A stretch of 64,000 bases of DNA from a virus: positions 32,001 to 96,000 of the IMG/VR virus record IMGVR_UViG_3300037104_000796, one strand, 5' to 3'. Below are positions 1-9,739 of the stretch, piece after piece; position 1 is the first letter of the stretch, and each line of letters opens with the position of its first letter. The notes under the pieces are model-generated. The model did no database searches. It saw nothing but the letters and a program-made list of their open reading frames with translations, and was not told where the DNA came from. Made by a program: the position numbers and the translations under genes.

Positions 1-29
1 CAATAGATAATTGTCCCTTTCTAAAAAAA

Positions 30-70
30 GATATATAATAAAAAAGAGCAACTATCTTTAGAATAAATAA
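30..70 (+). promoter_or_regulatory. Putative late promoters (GATATATAA at 30-38 and GAATAAATAA at 61-70) upstream of tail sheath
   Basis: The same R-ATA[T/A]ATA-A motif recurs upstream of most structural genes and resembles the T4 late promoter TATAAATA; a gp55-like sigma is in the window. Confidence 0.55.
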
Positions 71-99
71 AATAAATAGAATAAAAATAACTTAATAAT

Positions 100-2556
100 A
101 TGGCAAGAATCGCATTAAATTTATCACAATTTAAGTCAGCCGGAGTTTACACTGTAGAAATTGACAATTCACAACGTATCGTAGTGACTACGCAATCACT
201 AAGATTGCTTCCAGGATTTGCAGCTCAAGGTCCTTATAATACACCTGTATTCATAACTTCAACTCGAGACCTTCAAAGATTTTATGGCGACATTGATCCT
301 AAATTAGAAAGAAAAGGTTCTTTCTTCCAAAGATCAATAGGAACAAGTTTATTGGCAGCTCCTGTATTTGCAATTAACTTATTAAAAACTCTTGATACAT
401 CTGTAGGTGATAAAGTTCAGGCTGCAGCATTTTCATTAGACTCGAGTACAATTTCAGCACAATTAGGTACGGATTCATCTACATCAGATTTATACGTTAA
501 TTTCTTTAATCGTCAAAGATTCTGGACTCCTGATCCTGATTTTCTACAAGGTGTAATAGTTAATAAAGGCGGATATGGAACAATTTATAATGCTCCGTTA
601 TTTGATCTTGTTAACATTGGAATAAAAAATCTTTCATTTATTATTAGAAAAGCACAAAACTTAACACAATATAGTGTTTATGCAAAAGATTGGTACGGCT
701 CAAAATCAAACATTCCTTATGAATGGATTAGAGAATATGATTATATAAAAGACTATTTTATTCAAGTTATTGCAGTTGAAGGTGATTGGACAAATTATAC
801 TAACTTAGCAACGGACCCATATTATTCACAATTCTTTAATGTAAAGGGAATAATTCCAACACAACTTCAAAACTTTTTGAATTCGTCAAATGTTAATTTA
901 ATTGGTTCTTGGACAGGATGTATTATTCCTGATTTCAGAGATCAAACTGGTTCAGAACAATATATTGAAACTGTTATTAATGCAGCTACTCCTTTAACAG
1001 GTGTATTATGCAATATTAACCAACAAGCACTTGACCAATTAAATTGGAATCAAGATGTTAGTTTATGGACATTAGGCGAAGGAACAACACAAGCACCATT
1101 TATGGTTGACTTAGTAGGACACGATTTGATTAGTGCTACGGGCGATGTTTCAACAGGATTCTTAAGCTACAGCATTGATGTAAGCAACTTAGTATTCCAC
1201 ACAGACGTAAGTCTTGTCACATATCCTGCCGGCGATACAACAAAAAGATCATTTTATGTTGGCAATTCTTCAACAGGATTAGCTAATACTACAGTAAATG
1301 TAGGTTCTCTTATTCAAAAAGCAAATTCTGAAATTCCAGGTGTAACTTATGTAACTGGAAAAACTTATGATGCATCATTCGGATATCTTATCACAACTGC
1401 TGAAGAAGTAACTGCTGGTACAGTAACTATTCAAAAAACTATTGATGATCCATCAATTGCAACAGCATACAAATTTATCAAACTTAATGGATTGACTCTT
1501 AAACTAAGACATCTTCCAGGATATAATACAGCTGGTGCACAAGATGCAGAAGCAGGTGTTTCAAAAATCTACGGAATGCTTGAAGATTCAGGAATTCAAA
1601 GAGGTTTAACAAACAAAGACATGATCAGCTTCAGATATGTAGTTGATACAATGGCTTATGGGCTTCAAGCTGAAATGGGTGGAAAAGCCTATCTTTCAAG
1701 ATTAGCAAAAGCAAGAGGTAAATGTACTGCAATTTTAAGTGCTCCTTCAATCGCACAATTTGCAGCATCAACTAATCCTTATTTCTGCGATATTTTCGTA
1801 GCAGGAGTAGACCCAGTTCCTGTATTTGATACAGCATTTATTCCAGTAGGAGGTAATCCAAATATGCCAAGAGCATTCAGATTCAGTTTTCCAACTGAAG
1901 AAGATGGAGCTAAATACTGCGGTGTATTCGGACCATTCTTGAAATATAGTGACGGAGGAAAACTTATCAGTATTCCACCAGCTGCAGATGTAGCAAACGC
2001 ATACGTACAAAAATTCTTAGGTGGTAACCCATTTGCAATCGTAGCAAACCAAGCAGGTATACTTTCAAATCCAAATCTTGCAGGTCTTGAATATATGATT
2101 GATAAAGTTGATAGAGATTCTCTTGAACCATTTGGTTATAACTCAATTATTCAAAGAGCATCAAGTGGGCAAATAATGATTTATGCTAACACAACTGCAT
2201 ATCAACTTGTTAAGAGTGACTTCAATAACTTACATGTTAGAGAATTACTTAATACACTTGAAATTCAAACTGAAGAAGTTCTTGAACCTTATGTATTTAC
2301 ATTTAATAACCCTGTTACAAGATTGAACATTATTAATTCACTTACCCCAATTCTTGAAACAACAAAAGATGCAGGTGCATTACTTGATTACAGTATTGTT
2401 ATGGATGAAACAAACAACACTGCAAGTATTATAGCTGACGGATTCGGAATCGTAGACATAGGTGTAACTGTAACAGGTGCACTTACAAAAATTATCAATA
2501 GAGTTACAGTTAATACAATAACCGGAGCAATTTCTTCTGGAGGATTTGTATTCTAA
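100..2556 (+). CDS. Contractile tail sheath protein (T4 gp18-like)
   Basis: N-terminal SAGVYTVEID motif; C-terminal sheath signature LHVRELL...YVFTFNN...IVMDETNNT; followed by a tail tube gene. Confidence 0.92.
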   Translation: MARIALNLSQFKSAGVYTVEIDNSQRIVVTTQSLRLLPGFAAQGPYNTPVFITSTRDLQRFYGDIDPKLERKGSFFQRSIGTSLLAAPVFAINLLKTLDTSVGDKVQAAAFSLDSSTISAQLGTDSSTSDLYVNFFNRQRFWTPDPDFLQGVIVNKGGYGTIYNAPLFDLVNIGIKNLSFIIRKAQNLTQYSVYAKDWYGSKSNIPYEWIREYDYIKDYFIQVIAVEGDWTNYTNLATDPYYSQFFNVKGIIPTQLQNFLNSSNVNLIGSWTGCIIPDFRDQTGSEQYIETVINAATPLTGVLCNINQQALDQLNWNQDVSLWTLGEGTTQAPFMVDLVGHDLISATGDVSTGFLSYSIDVSNLVFHTDVSLVTYPAGDTTKRSFYVGNSSTGLANTTVNVGSLIQKANSEIPGVTYVTGKTYDASFGYLITTAEEVTAGTVTIQKTIDDPSIATAYKFIKLNGLTLKLRHLPGYNTAGAQDAEAGVSKIYGMLEDSGIQRGLTNKDMISFRYVVDTMAYGLQAEMGGKAYLSRLAKARGKCTAILSAPSIAQFAASTNPYFCDIFVAGVDPVPVFDTAFIPVGGNPNMPRAFRFSFPTEEDGAKYCGVFGPFLKYSDGGKLISIPPAADVANAYVQKFLGGNPFAIVANQAGILSNPNLAGLEYMIDKVDRDSLEPFGYNSIIQRASSGQIMIYANTTAYQLVKSDFNNLHVRELLNTLEIQTEEVLEPYVFTFNNPVTRLNIINSLTPILETTKDAGALLDYSIVMDETNNTASIIADGFGIVDIGVTVTGALTKIINRVTVNTITGAISSGGFVF

Positions 2557-2568
2557 TAATTAACAAGT

Positions 2569-3273
2569 ATGAATCATCAAACAATATATGATGAAATAAT
2601 TCGAAAGGCACAACTGAAAAACAGAATTAAATTAAACAACAAAGATTTGGCGTATACATATTACGAAAATCATCATATATTACCAAAATGTTTAGGAGGA
2701 ACAAACGAAAAAGGAAACAAAGTTTTATTAACACCAAGAGAACATTTTATTTGTCATAAATTACTTACATACATTCATCCACATCATTCTGGAATATCAC
2801 ATGCTTTTTTCAGAATGGTATTTGACAAAATAAAAAAACGCGAAATATCTTCAGCAGATTATGAATATGCTAGAAAATTATTAGCGATAAATGGATATGA
2901 TGATAAAACTAAACAAAAAATGAGTTTGGCGAAAAAAGGAAAAACATACGAAGAAATATACGGTGATGAAAAAGCAGAAGAACTAAAAACAAAACGAAGA
3001 GAAAGAAAACATACTAAAGAAGAAAAAGATAAAATTAAATCAGCTAGAAACAAATTAGAGTTAGATTCATCGTATAAAGAAAAACAAAAGAATTCTCGTT
3101 TAGGAATAAAAAATCCAATGTATAAAAAAACAGTTTATGACATCTGGGTTCAGAAATACGGAAAAGAAATAGCTGATAAAAAATACAAAAATTGGAAAGA
3201 AAATATATCTTTATCTTCAAAGGACAAAAGTAAACCAAGAAAATTAGTTAAAGAATATATAAATTATAAATAA
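2569..3273 (+). CDS. Free-standing HNH homing endonuclease with NUMOD3-like C-terminus
   Basis: ENHHILPKCLGG..N...LLTPREHFICHKLL HNH motif; KQKMSLAKKGK repeat; sits between sheath and tube. Confidence 0.85.
   Translation: MNHQTIYDEIIRKAQLKNRIKLNNKDLAYTYYENHHILPKCLGGTNEKGNKVLLTPREHFICHKLLTYIHPHHSGISHAFFRMVFDKIKKREISSADYEYARKLLAINGYDDKTKQKMSLAKKGKTYEEIYGDEKAEELKTKRRERKHTKEEKDKIKSARNKLELDSSYKEKQKNSRLGIKNPMYKKTVYDIWVQKYGKEIADKKYKNWKENISLSSKDKSKPRKLVKEYINYK
3253..3262 (+). promoter_or_regulatory. Putative late promoter GAATATATAA for tail tube, inside the HNH 3' end
   Basis: Matches the recurrent late motif about 27 nt upstream of the tube ATG. Confidence 0.55.
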
Positions 3274-3288
3274 AATAAACAAACAACG

Positions 3289-3885
3289 ATGGCAGATTTT
3301 ACGTCACAAGGTTCATTCGGATTATCACACTTTAGAAATTCTCGTGCATCACAAGAATTATACGAACCCGTATATTTGAATCTCTTTACAGTGCAGATTC
3401 AATTACCAGATGGTGTTGGTTCGACTCCTGAAAGTACTAATTTAATCTTAGAAAACGTACAAACGATAGGGGGTCTTAAATCGCACAAATTCCCTGGTTC
3501 GCCTATTGCTCAGTATTACAAATGGGCTGCAAGACGTTTCGCTGGTGCTAAACCTTCAGAAACAACAATGGATTTAACTTTAGATTTTCAAGTAAACATA
3601 GACAGAACACCAAGTGCTTACGTTCTCAAAACATTAAGAAAATGGTGCGATTTGGTTTACGATCCACTTACTGGACGTACTGGAATCAAAGCCGATTATG
3701 TTGCTCCTTGGATGTTAATTACTATGTACGACAGAGCAGCTCGTCCATTCTGGCAATGGAAGTGTTACAACGTATTTCCAATGACCGCTTTACCAGAACC
3801 CGCTTTAGGATATCAAAGTGAAGAACTTTATAGTATCGCAGGATTCGGAATAGCTTGTGACATGTGGGATGAAACGATTGTTTAA
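3289..3885 (+). CDS. Tail tube protein (T4 gp19-like)
   Basis: 198 aa downstream of sheath; EP..LNLFTV, LRKWCDLVYDPLTG...KADY, W..YNVFP pattern typical of gp19-like tubes. Confidence 0.85.
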   Translation: MADFTSQGSFGLSHFRNSRASQELYEPVYLNLFTVQIQLPDGVGSTPESTNLILENVQTIGGLKSHKFPGSPIAQYYKWAARRFAGAKPSETTMDLTLDFQVNIDRTPSAYVLKTLRKWCDLVYDPLTGRTGIKADYVAPWMLITMYDRAARPFWQWKCYNVFPMTALPEPALGYQSEELYSIAGFGIACDMWDETIV

Positions 3886-3907
3886 TAACTACTTAGGACA
3901 TTTATAT

Positions 3908-3938
3908 AAAGGATTGGTTTAATTACTGATCCTTTTTT
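3908..3938 (+). terminator. Intrinsic terminator after tail tube
   Basis: Imperfect hairpin AAAGGATTGG...CTGATCCTTT followed by a T tract. Confidence 0.6.
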
Positions 3939-3992
3939 GTGTTTATTTCTTAATTTATGAAACTTTTATGGGATGAGATATATAATATAAAA

Positions 3993-4805
3993 ATGAATCA
4001 TCAAAAAGTTTATGAATCTATAATTCAGAAAGCTAAATCTGAAAATAGAAAAAGATTAAGAAAAAATAATATCAATTATATTTATTATGAGAATCACCAT
4101 ATTCTGCCAAGATGTTTAGGTGGTAATGATAATAAAAATAATTTAATGTTGTTAACTGCTAAAGAACATTATGTTTGTCACAGATTGTTAACATACATTT
4201 ATAAAGGAAATTATAAAATCGAATGTGCATTTATATACATGTCATTTAGTAAAAAATATAATAAATGCATGTCATCTACAGATTATGTTTATGCAAAAGA
4301 ATTAAACGCAAAAGGACCATCAAAAGAAACATTGGAAAAATTAAAAAATAATCCATATATGAAAAATCGTCCATTTCCTTCTCCAGAAACTTGTTTAAAA
4401 TTAAGTGTAGCAAATACAGGGAAGGTTCGTTCTGAAGAATTTAAACATAATTTATCTATTCAACGAACAGGTGATTCGAATCCCGCAAAAACCACTGAAG
4501 CTAAAGCTCATATTTCTGCTAAACTTAAAGGAAAATTTAGAGGGGATGCAAATCCTATGTCAAAATCATCTCGCAAAAGAGAAAATTTAAATTTATTAGA
4601 AGAAAAAGGAATTAAATTAAAGGGTGATATGCATGAATATCTTCGCAAAAAAATTATATGCACTAATATTGAAACAAATGAAAATAATGTATTTGATGGT
4701 GTGCAAGAATTATTACATACATTAAAAATTAATAAAAGAAAATATTATTCTCATTTAAAAGATAACAAACCGATTTTAGGAAAATATAATTGCGTAGTCG
4801 TGTGA
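3993..4805 (+). CDS. HNH homing endonuclease (likely start MNHQ at 3993; ORF track starts at 3957)
   Basis: ENHHILPRCLGG..N..LLTAKEHYVCH; same MNHQKVY N-terminus as the paralogs at 2569, 31713 and 35816. Confidence 0.85.
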   Translation: MNHQKVYESIIQKAKSENRKRLRKNNINYIYYENHHILPRCLGGNDNKNNLMLLTAKEHYVCHRLLTYIYKGNYKIECAFIYMSFSKKYNKCMSSTDYVYAKELNAKGPSKETLEKLKNNPYMKNRPFPSPETCLKLSVANTGKVRSEEFKHNLSIQRTGDSNPAKTTEAKAHISAKLKGKFRGDANPMSKSSRKRENLNLLEEKGIKLKGDMHEYLRKKIICTNIETNENNVFDGVQELLHTLKINKRKYYSHLKDNKPILGKYNCVVV

Positions 4806-4832
4806 AACTTTGATGGTTTTTCTACATACTAT
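4804..4832 (+). promoter_or_regulatory. GAAACT-N17-TACTAT promoter candidate
   Basis: Variant of the AAAACT-N17-TATAAW family seen about 12 times in the window. Confidence 0.45.
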
Positions 4833-4868
4833 AATATATACTCTATAGAACCATAAAAATATTTAAAT

Positions 4869-5852
4869 ATGCAATTAGACGGCACAGACGAAAAGAAAGA
4901 AGAAATTCTCAAAAATTACGTTGAAGAACAAGAAGGCGTTACTCAAAATACTACAACCTTCGTTTCAACAGTTTCATCAATAGGTCCCAAAATCACCGAA
5001 ATCCCAGGCACAAATCTTCCTTGGGAAAAACAACGACCATTAGGCAATCAAATAGGATGGATTCCACTTCCAGTAGAAGACTTACCGACACGCGGTTTGT
5101 TTTATCCTGAAGGAACAGGTCTTGCTATTCGTTCTGCTACAGGCGAAGAAATACGACACTGGTCAATTTTGGAAGAAGCTGATCTTTCAGCTTTAGACGA
5201 TATGCTTAATTATGTTATCGAAAGATGCGTAACAATTAAAGCAAACAATCCCGAATCAGGTGTTTATTTATCGTGGAAAGATATCAAAGAAGTTGATAGA
5301 TTTTATTTACTTCTTGCTATTCATGAATTAACATTTCCAAATGGAGAAAATAAACTTCAGGTTAAAATATCAGAAAACAAAATGGTTGATGTTAAAAAAG
5401 ATATGGTAAGTTACATATCATTAGACCCTGTTTTAATGAGATATTACGATGAAGTTGAAAGATGCTTCGTTTTAAGAATTAAAGGCGGAAGAGTTCTTCG
5501 TATTGATATCCCAAGTGTTGGAGTAACTCAATGGCTTAAAAACTTTATAATCAGAAAACAAAGAGCTCAAGAATATTTTGAAGAAGATTATTTGAACTAC
5601 GCTCCATTTGTTATTCGACAATGGAAAGGTTTAAACGATGATCTTTACAAACAATTTGTTGAAGATTCTCATAAATGGGATATCACAACAATTTCATTGT
5701 TAGTTCATGTTAAAAAATTATTTGCAGATACAATCGATCCTGTAATAAAATTCAAGGACGAAGGAGGTGTGGAGCATATAGCTCCATTAAACTTTCAAGG
5801 CGGAATTAAATCTCTTTTCCTTATTTCAGATCCGTTTGGACAATTGGAATAA
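4869..5852 (+). CDS. Baseplate hub assembly protein / tail assembly chaperone (T4 gp26-like)
   Basis: LPTRGLFY..., DRFYLLLAIHELTF, C-terminal GGIKSLF; lies between tube and tape measure. Confidence 0.65.
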   Translation: MQLDGTDEKKEEILKNYVEEQEGVTQNTTTFVSTVSSIGPKITEIPGTNLPWEKQRPLGNQIGWIPLPVEDLPTRGLFYPEGTGLAIRSATGEEIRHWSILEEADLSALDDMLNYVIERCVTIKANNPESGVYLSWKDIKEVDRFYLLLAIHELTFPNGENKLQVKISENKMVDVKKDMVSYISLDPVLMRYYDEVERCFVLRIKGGRVLRIDIPSVGVTQWLKNFIIRKQRAQEYFEEDYLNYAPFVIRQWKGLNDDLYKQFVEDSHKWDITTISLLVHVKKLFADTIDPVIKFKDEGGVEHIAPLNFQGGIKSLFLISDPFGQLE

Positions 5853-6075
5853 GATCGAGTTCATATTCTGTCATAAACTTCATGTTTCTCCAGTTGATTT
5901 ACAACAATTAGAATTCTATCGCATTCAATACATTCTGAAAGAATTCGAAGAATACATTGAAAGAGAAAATAAAGAATATGAAAAACAAAAAAGGCATGCA
6001 GATGATCAATCAAAAATAAAACCACCCAGTTTCGGAGGTTTTCAAATGCCCAAATTTGATCTACCAAAATTTTAA
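5836..6075 (+). CDS. Small gp51-like hub assembly / tail chaperone protein (TTG start or frameshift product)
   Basis: KLHVSPVDLQQLEFYRIQYIL pattern; overlaps the gp26-like stop; directly precedes tape measure. Confidence 0.55.
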   Translation: MDNWNKIEFIFCHKLHVSPVDLQQLEFYRIQYILKEFEEYIERENKEYEKQKRHADDQSKIKPPSFGGFQMPKFDLPKF

Positions 6076-6102
6076 AAGACTCGAAAGAGTCTTTTGTTTT
6101 TT
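6074..6102 (+). terminator. Intrinsic terminator
   Basis: AAAAGACTC-GAAA-GAGTCTTTT hairpin with GNRA loop and T tract. Confidence 0.8.
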
Positions 6103-6135
6103 CTAAGGATATATAAAATAAATTCTATATACTGA

Positions 6136-8919
6136 ATGAAGACATCGCCCGAACTATTATCTGACATACTTGGCGTACTTGGGCAAATGAGTACAAAAAT
6201 GGATGCTGCGAATGCTAAAGGTCCTGCAACCAAAAAAGAAACAAAAGTTACGTTTGGTGCTGCGGGTGTATTAGGAACATTAATGGGACAAAAGGGTGCT
6301 GCAGCAAAAATGGCTGAAGATGTTGAAAAACTTAAAACAGCCATGAAAGGATTTAATCTTGTTCGATTAAATCAAATGATCGATAGTCTTCGAAAATACA
6401 ATGACGTTTCAAAAGAAGGAGCCAGATCTAAAAAAGTTAGTGGATGGGCAATGGCAGCTCAAGATATGGGTAAAGCTCTTGTTTATATCGCAGGCGGAAT
6501 AGGATTGTTTGCAGGTGTTATTGCCGCTTCTGGAGGCTTATTAGGTGTATCGCCTTTAGGTGTATTCGGATTTATTATGGGATCAATGATAGCTTTGTCA
6601 ATAACAATGATGATTATTTCTGGAGGCGACGCAGGTGCAGAAAAAATAGCAGGTTTTTTAGGAGGAAAATCATCAACATTAAAAGCTGCAAAATCTGATG
6701 AAGGACGAAATAAAAAAGCTATTCAGAATGCTAAAGATATGGGTATTGCTCTTATGTTTATAGCAGGTGGAATAATAGCATTTGGACTTTCAATGAAAGT
6801 AGCCGGAGCAGTTTTGGGTATTGGAGCCTTATTAGTTCCTGTAGCCATAATGGCAGTGATAGGAGTTTTAGGTTTAACAATGTTAGGATTAGCAGAATTA
6901 ACTGGTATGGGTGATAAAGCTGGAGCCGGAACAGGAAAAAATAAAGGCAAATCCAAAGATGCAATACAAAATGCAAAAGATATGGGACTTGCTCTTATGT
7001 TTATAGCAGGTGGAGTAGTAGCATTCGCAATTGGTATGGCATTAGTTCCTGTTATTTTGAAAAAAACTTCGGTATTGTTAGCAATGGGAGAAATAGTGTT
7101 AATCATTGGTGGAATGGCTGCTTTAATTGGCATATTAGGATTAGCACAAAGATTTATACAACCCGGAATTGCAGTCGCCAAAGGAATTGGAGTTGCTTTA
7201 TTAATTTTATCAGCCGGTGTATTTGTAGTTGCTCTTACATCAAAACTTTTACTTGAAATGTTTAAAGGTTCGAAAACAGTCACTGATGAACATGGTAAGA
7301 AAACAAAAGAAAGAGGTGGACCGCTCGCAGCTATCGGGAATGCTGCAGCAGGATTAGGCATATTTGGTTTATTTGTTGCAGGTTTAGGTGCTCTTTTATG
7401 GGTAATGGGTCTTCCAATTATTTCAGGACCAATTGCTTTAGGTTCTCTTGCTTTAATAGGAATGGCATTTAGTTTAATAATGACTGCTGTAGCTATTAAA
7501 AAAGTTACCGATGTAATGAAAACTATGGACGTAAAAACTATTAAGACAAATGTGTCAGATATGGTTGGTGGAGTAATGAGTGGAGTAATTGAAGGTGTAA
7601 TGGGTTCTGGAGTTGATAAAAATAATGATGGAAAAATAAGTATAAAAGAAGTAATGCAATTCAGAAGAGTTACGAGAATGGTTCGTATGCTTGGAACAAT
7701 TTCATCTTCAATATCAAAATTTGCAGATGGTCTTAGAGCTTTTGCAAAACTTGGCGAAATTGCTTCTTTGGAATATGAATATAATGAAGATGGAACTGTT
7801 AAGAAAGCAAAAATTGGTGAAGGTGGAAAAATACATGTTAAAGAAATAGCGCAATCAATTGCAGATACATTTGGATTGTTTATCAAAACTTTAGTTACAA
7901 GTACTGAAGGAATGACCAGAAAACAAGCTCGATCATTAAAGATTTTAGGAAAAGCTTTAACAGGTGATAGAGGTTTAATTTCAGGTGTAAGTCAATTTGC
8001 TTCTGTATTGAAACAATTTGCAGAATTTGGTGCTGAAGGAAGTATATGGGTACCACCTCAATATGAAGATGAAAAACAAACAAAAGTTAGAAAAGGAACA
8101 GGTGAAAGCGTTCCAATAACAGTTATTGTTAAAAATATTGTTGATTCATTTGGAAAATTTGTATCAGAAATTGCTTCTCATGCTTCTGATTTTGAAGTAG
8201 GTGGTAAAGTAGGAAGAAAGATGCAAAAGTTTACTGAAGCTTTAATGGGTCAAGAAAAAGGATTTTTACGTAGAGCTAAACCAGGCATTCTTTCAGGAAT
8301 AACAGGATTTAGTGATGTATTACTTTTATATGCCGATTATGGCGCTGGCGGAAAAATTCCTAAAAAAGATCCTAAAACAGGCGAAATAATTCCGGGACAA
8401 TTTATTTTAGTAGATGAAGTTGCAAGAAATATGGTAAGTGGAATTACTACATTTACTAATTCTTTAAGTGCTGCTCTTAACGGACAAGACTTAGACAAAT
8501 CAGCCAAAGCAATTGATAAGAAAATGGGTTCATTCACAGATATCATAACTCAATTTGATAAAATGGCTGAATCACAAGAAGGATTAGATAAACTCGCTAA
8601 TTCATTAGGATTACTTGCAACAAATATGGGATTACTTGTAACGAATATGGGTAGTTTAAATACTGATAAGTTGCAATCATTAGCTACTATGTCAGCACAA
8701 CATGCTGTAACTACAAAAGGTATTCCAATAGCTCCAGTAGGTTCTGCTGCAGCAAATACCTCACCGGCTTCATCAGGCCAAGCTGATTGGGATAAAATAG
8801 CAGATAGAATGGGTGACATAATTGCTGCTAAACTTTCAGGTGGTAGAAATGGTGAGTTCAATTTCACGTTTTATGATGGAAACTCAGGCGGGAAACTCGA
8901 AATAAAAGAAAATAAATAA
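6136..8919 (+). CDS. Tape measure-like protein with multiple hydrophobic helices and internal repeats
   Basis: 927 aa, Ala/Gly-rich, repeated AIQNAKDMG.ALMFIAGG units; follows the chaperone-like genes; late motif GATATATAAA at 6108. Confidence 0.7.
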   Translation: MKTSPELLSDILGVLGQMSTKMDAANAKGPATKKETKVTFGAAGVLGTLMGQKGAAAKMAEDVEKLKTAMKGFNLVRLNQMIDSLRKYNDVSKEGARSKKVSGWAMAAQDMGKALVYIAGGIGLFAGVIAASGGLLGVSPLGVFGFIMGSMIALSITMMIISGGDAGAEKIAGFLGGKSSTLKAAKSDEGRNKKAIQNAKDMGIALMFIAGGIIAFGLSMKVAGAVLGIGALLVPVAIMAVIGVLGLTMLGLAELTGMGDKAGAGTGKNKGKSKDAIQNAKDMGLALMFIAGGVVAFAIGMALVPVILKKTSVLLAMGEIVLIIGGMAALIGILGLAQRFIQPGIAVAKGIGVALLILSAGVFVVALTSKLLLEMFKGSKTVTDEHGKKTKERGGPLAAIGNAAAGLGIFGLFVAGLGALLWVMGLPIISGPIALGSLALIGMAFSLIMTAVAIKKVTDVMKTMDVKTIKTNVSDMVGGVMSGVIEGVMGSGVDKNNDGKISIKEVMQFRRVTRMVRMLGTISSSISKFADGLRAFAKLGEIASLEYEYNEDGTVKKAKIGEGGKIHVKEIAQSIADTFGLFIKTLVTSTEGMTRKQARSLKILGKALTGDRGLISGVSQFASVLKQFAEFGAEGSIWVPPQYEDEKQTKVRKGTGESVPITVIVKNIVDSFGKFVSEIASHASDFEVGGKVGRKMQKFTEALMGQEKGFLRRAKPGILSGITGFSDVLLLYADYGAGGKIPKKDPKTGEIIPGQFILVDEVARNMVSGITTFTNSLSAALNGQDLDKSAKAIDKKMGSFTDIITQFDKMAESQEGLDKLANSLGLLATNMGLLVTNMGSLNTDKLQSLATMSAQHAVTTKGIPIAPVGSAAANTSPASSGQADWDKIADRMGDIIAAKLSGGRNGEFNFTFYDGNSGGKLEIKENK

Positions 8920-8940
8920 TCATTCTTTTAACAAATACTT

Positions 8941-8968
8941 AAAACTCTTCAATCTAAGTACATATAAT
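8941..8968 (+). promoter_or_regulatory. AAAACT-N16-TATAAT promoter for the thyA operon
   Basis: Member of the recurrent promoter family, 15 nt upstream of ATG 8984. Confidence 0.6.
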
Positions 8969-8983
8969 ATCTAAACAACAAAA

Positions 8984-9739
8984 ATGAAACAGTACTTAGA
9001 TTTATTACAGAACATTCTTGATAATGGTGTAGAAAAAGAATCAGGCCGTGTGATGTATTATCTCTATATAAAAACGAGTCCTCTTGGATTAAAATATTTA
9101 GGAAAAACAACTAAAGATCCTTTTGTGTATATGGGAAGTGGAAAGATATGGTTAAGACATATAAAAAAACATAACTTAACTTTGAAAGATATACAAACAG
9201 AAGTAGTTTTTGAAACTACAGATGTTAACGCTTTAATTAACGAGGGAATAAAATTAAGTAATGATTTAAATATTGTTAAATCACCAGAATGGGCGAATTT
9301 AAGAGTTGAATCTGGAGACGGAGGAGATACATCAAAATTTATAGATTATTCTAATCCAATATTTCATGAAAAAAATCGATCTGATCACTTAAATGGAATA
9401 GGAAAAACTGAAGAAGAGAGAAAAACTTTATTCAAAGAAAGAAGTCAAAAAATTGATTATGAAAATATACAAAGACTTCAAAAAATAAAAGATAATACAG
9501 ATTGGGAATCTTGGTACGAATCTATTAAAAATCGAAAAACGGATTACGCTAAATCACATGAAAATTTAAAAAAACCTATTTTGGTTATTAATATCACTTC
9601 AAATAAAATAAATGAATACAAATCTCTGAAGGACGCTTCTGAAGAACTTGGAATAAAATCTGAAACTATAAGAAAAAGAATTCAATATAATAGAATAATA
9701 GATGGATGTAAATGGGTACACAAAAATGAAATAAAATGA
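8984..9739 (+). CDS. GIY-YIG homing endonuclease fused to a duplicated 22-aa ThyA N-terminus
   Basis: YYLYIKT...KYLGKT...YMGSG GIY-YIG core; NUMOD1-like C-terminus (YKSLKDASEELGI); first 22 aa resemble the ThyA start. Confidence 0.85.
   Translation: MKQYLDLLQNILDNGVEKESGRVMYYLYIKTSPLGLKYLGKTTKDPFVYMGSGKIWLRHIKKHNLTLKDIQTEVVFETTDVNALINEGIKLSNDLNIVKSPEWANLRVESGDGGDTSKFIDYSNPIFHEKNRSDHLNGIGKTEEERKTLFKERSQKIDYENIQRLQKIKDNTDWESWYESIKNRKTDYAKSHENLKKPILVINITSNKINEYKSLKDASEELGIKSETIRKRIQYNRIIDGCKWVHKNEIK

Noticed and set aside
6723-7886. 387-aa antisense ORF inside the tape measure gene
   Set aside because: It is a shadow of the Ala/Gly/Ile-rich sense frame, with no motifs or expression signals.
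8984-9739. Group I intron in thyA
   Set aside because: The downstream thyA ORF is complete with its own ATG, and there is no non-coding room for a ribozyme core around the endonuclease.
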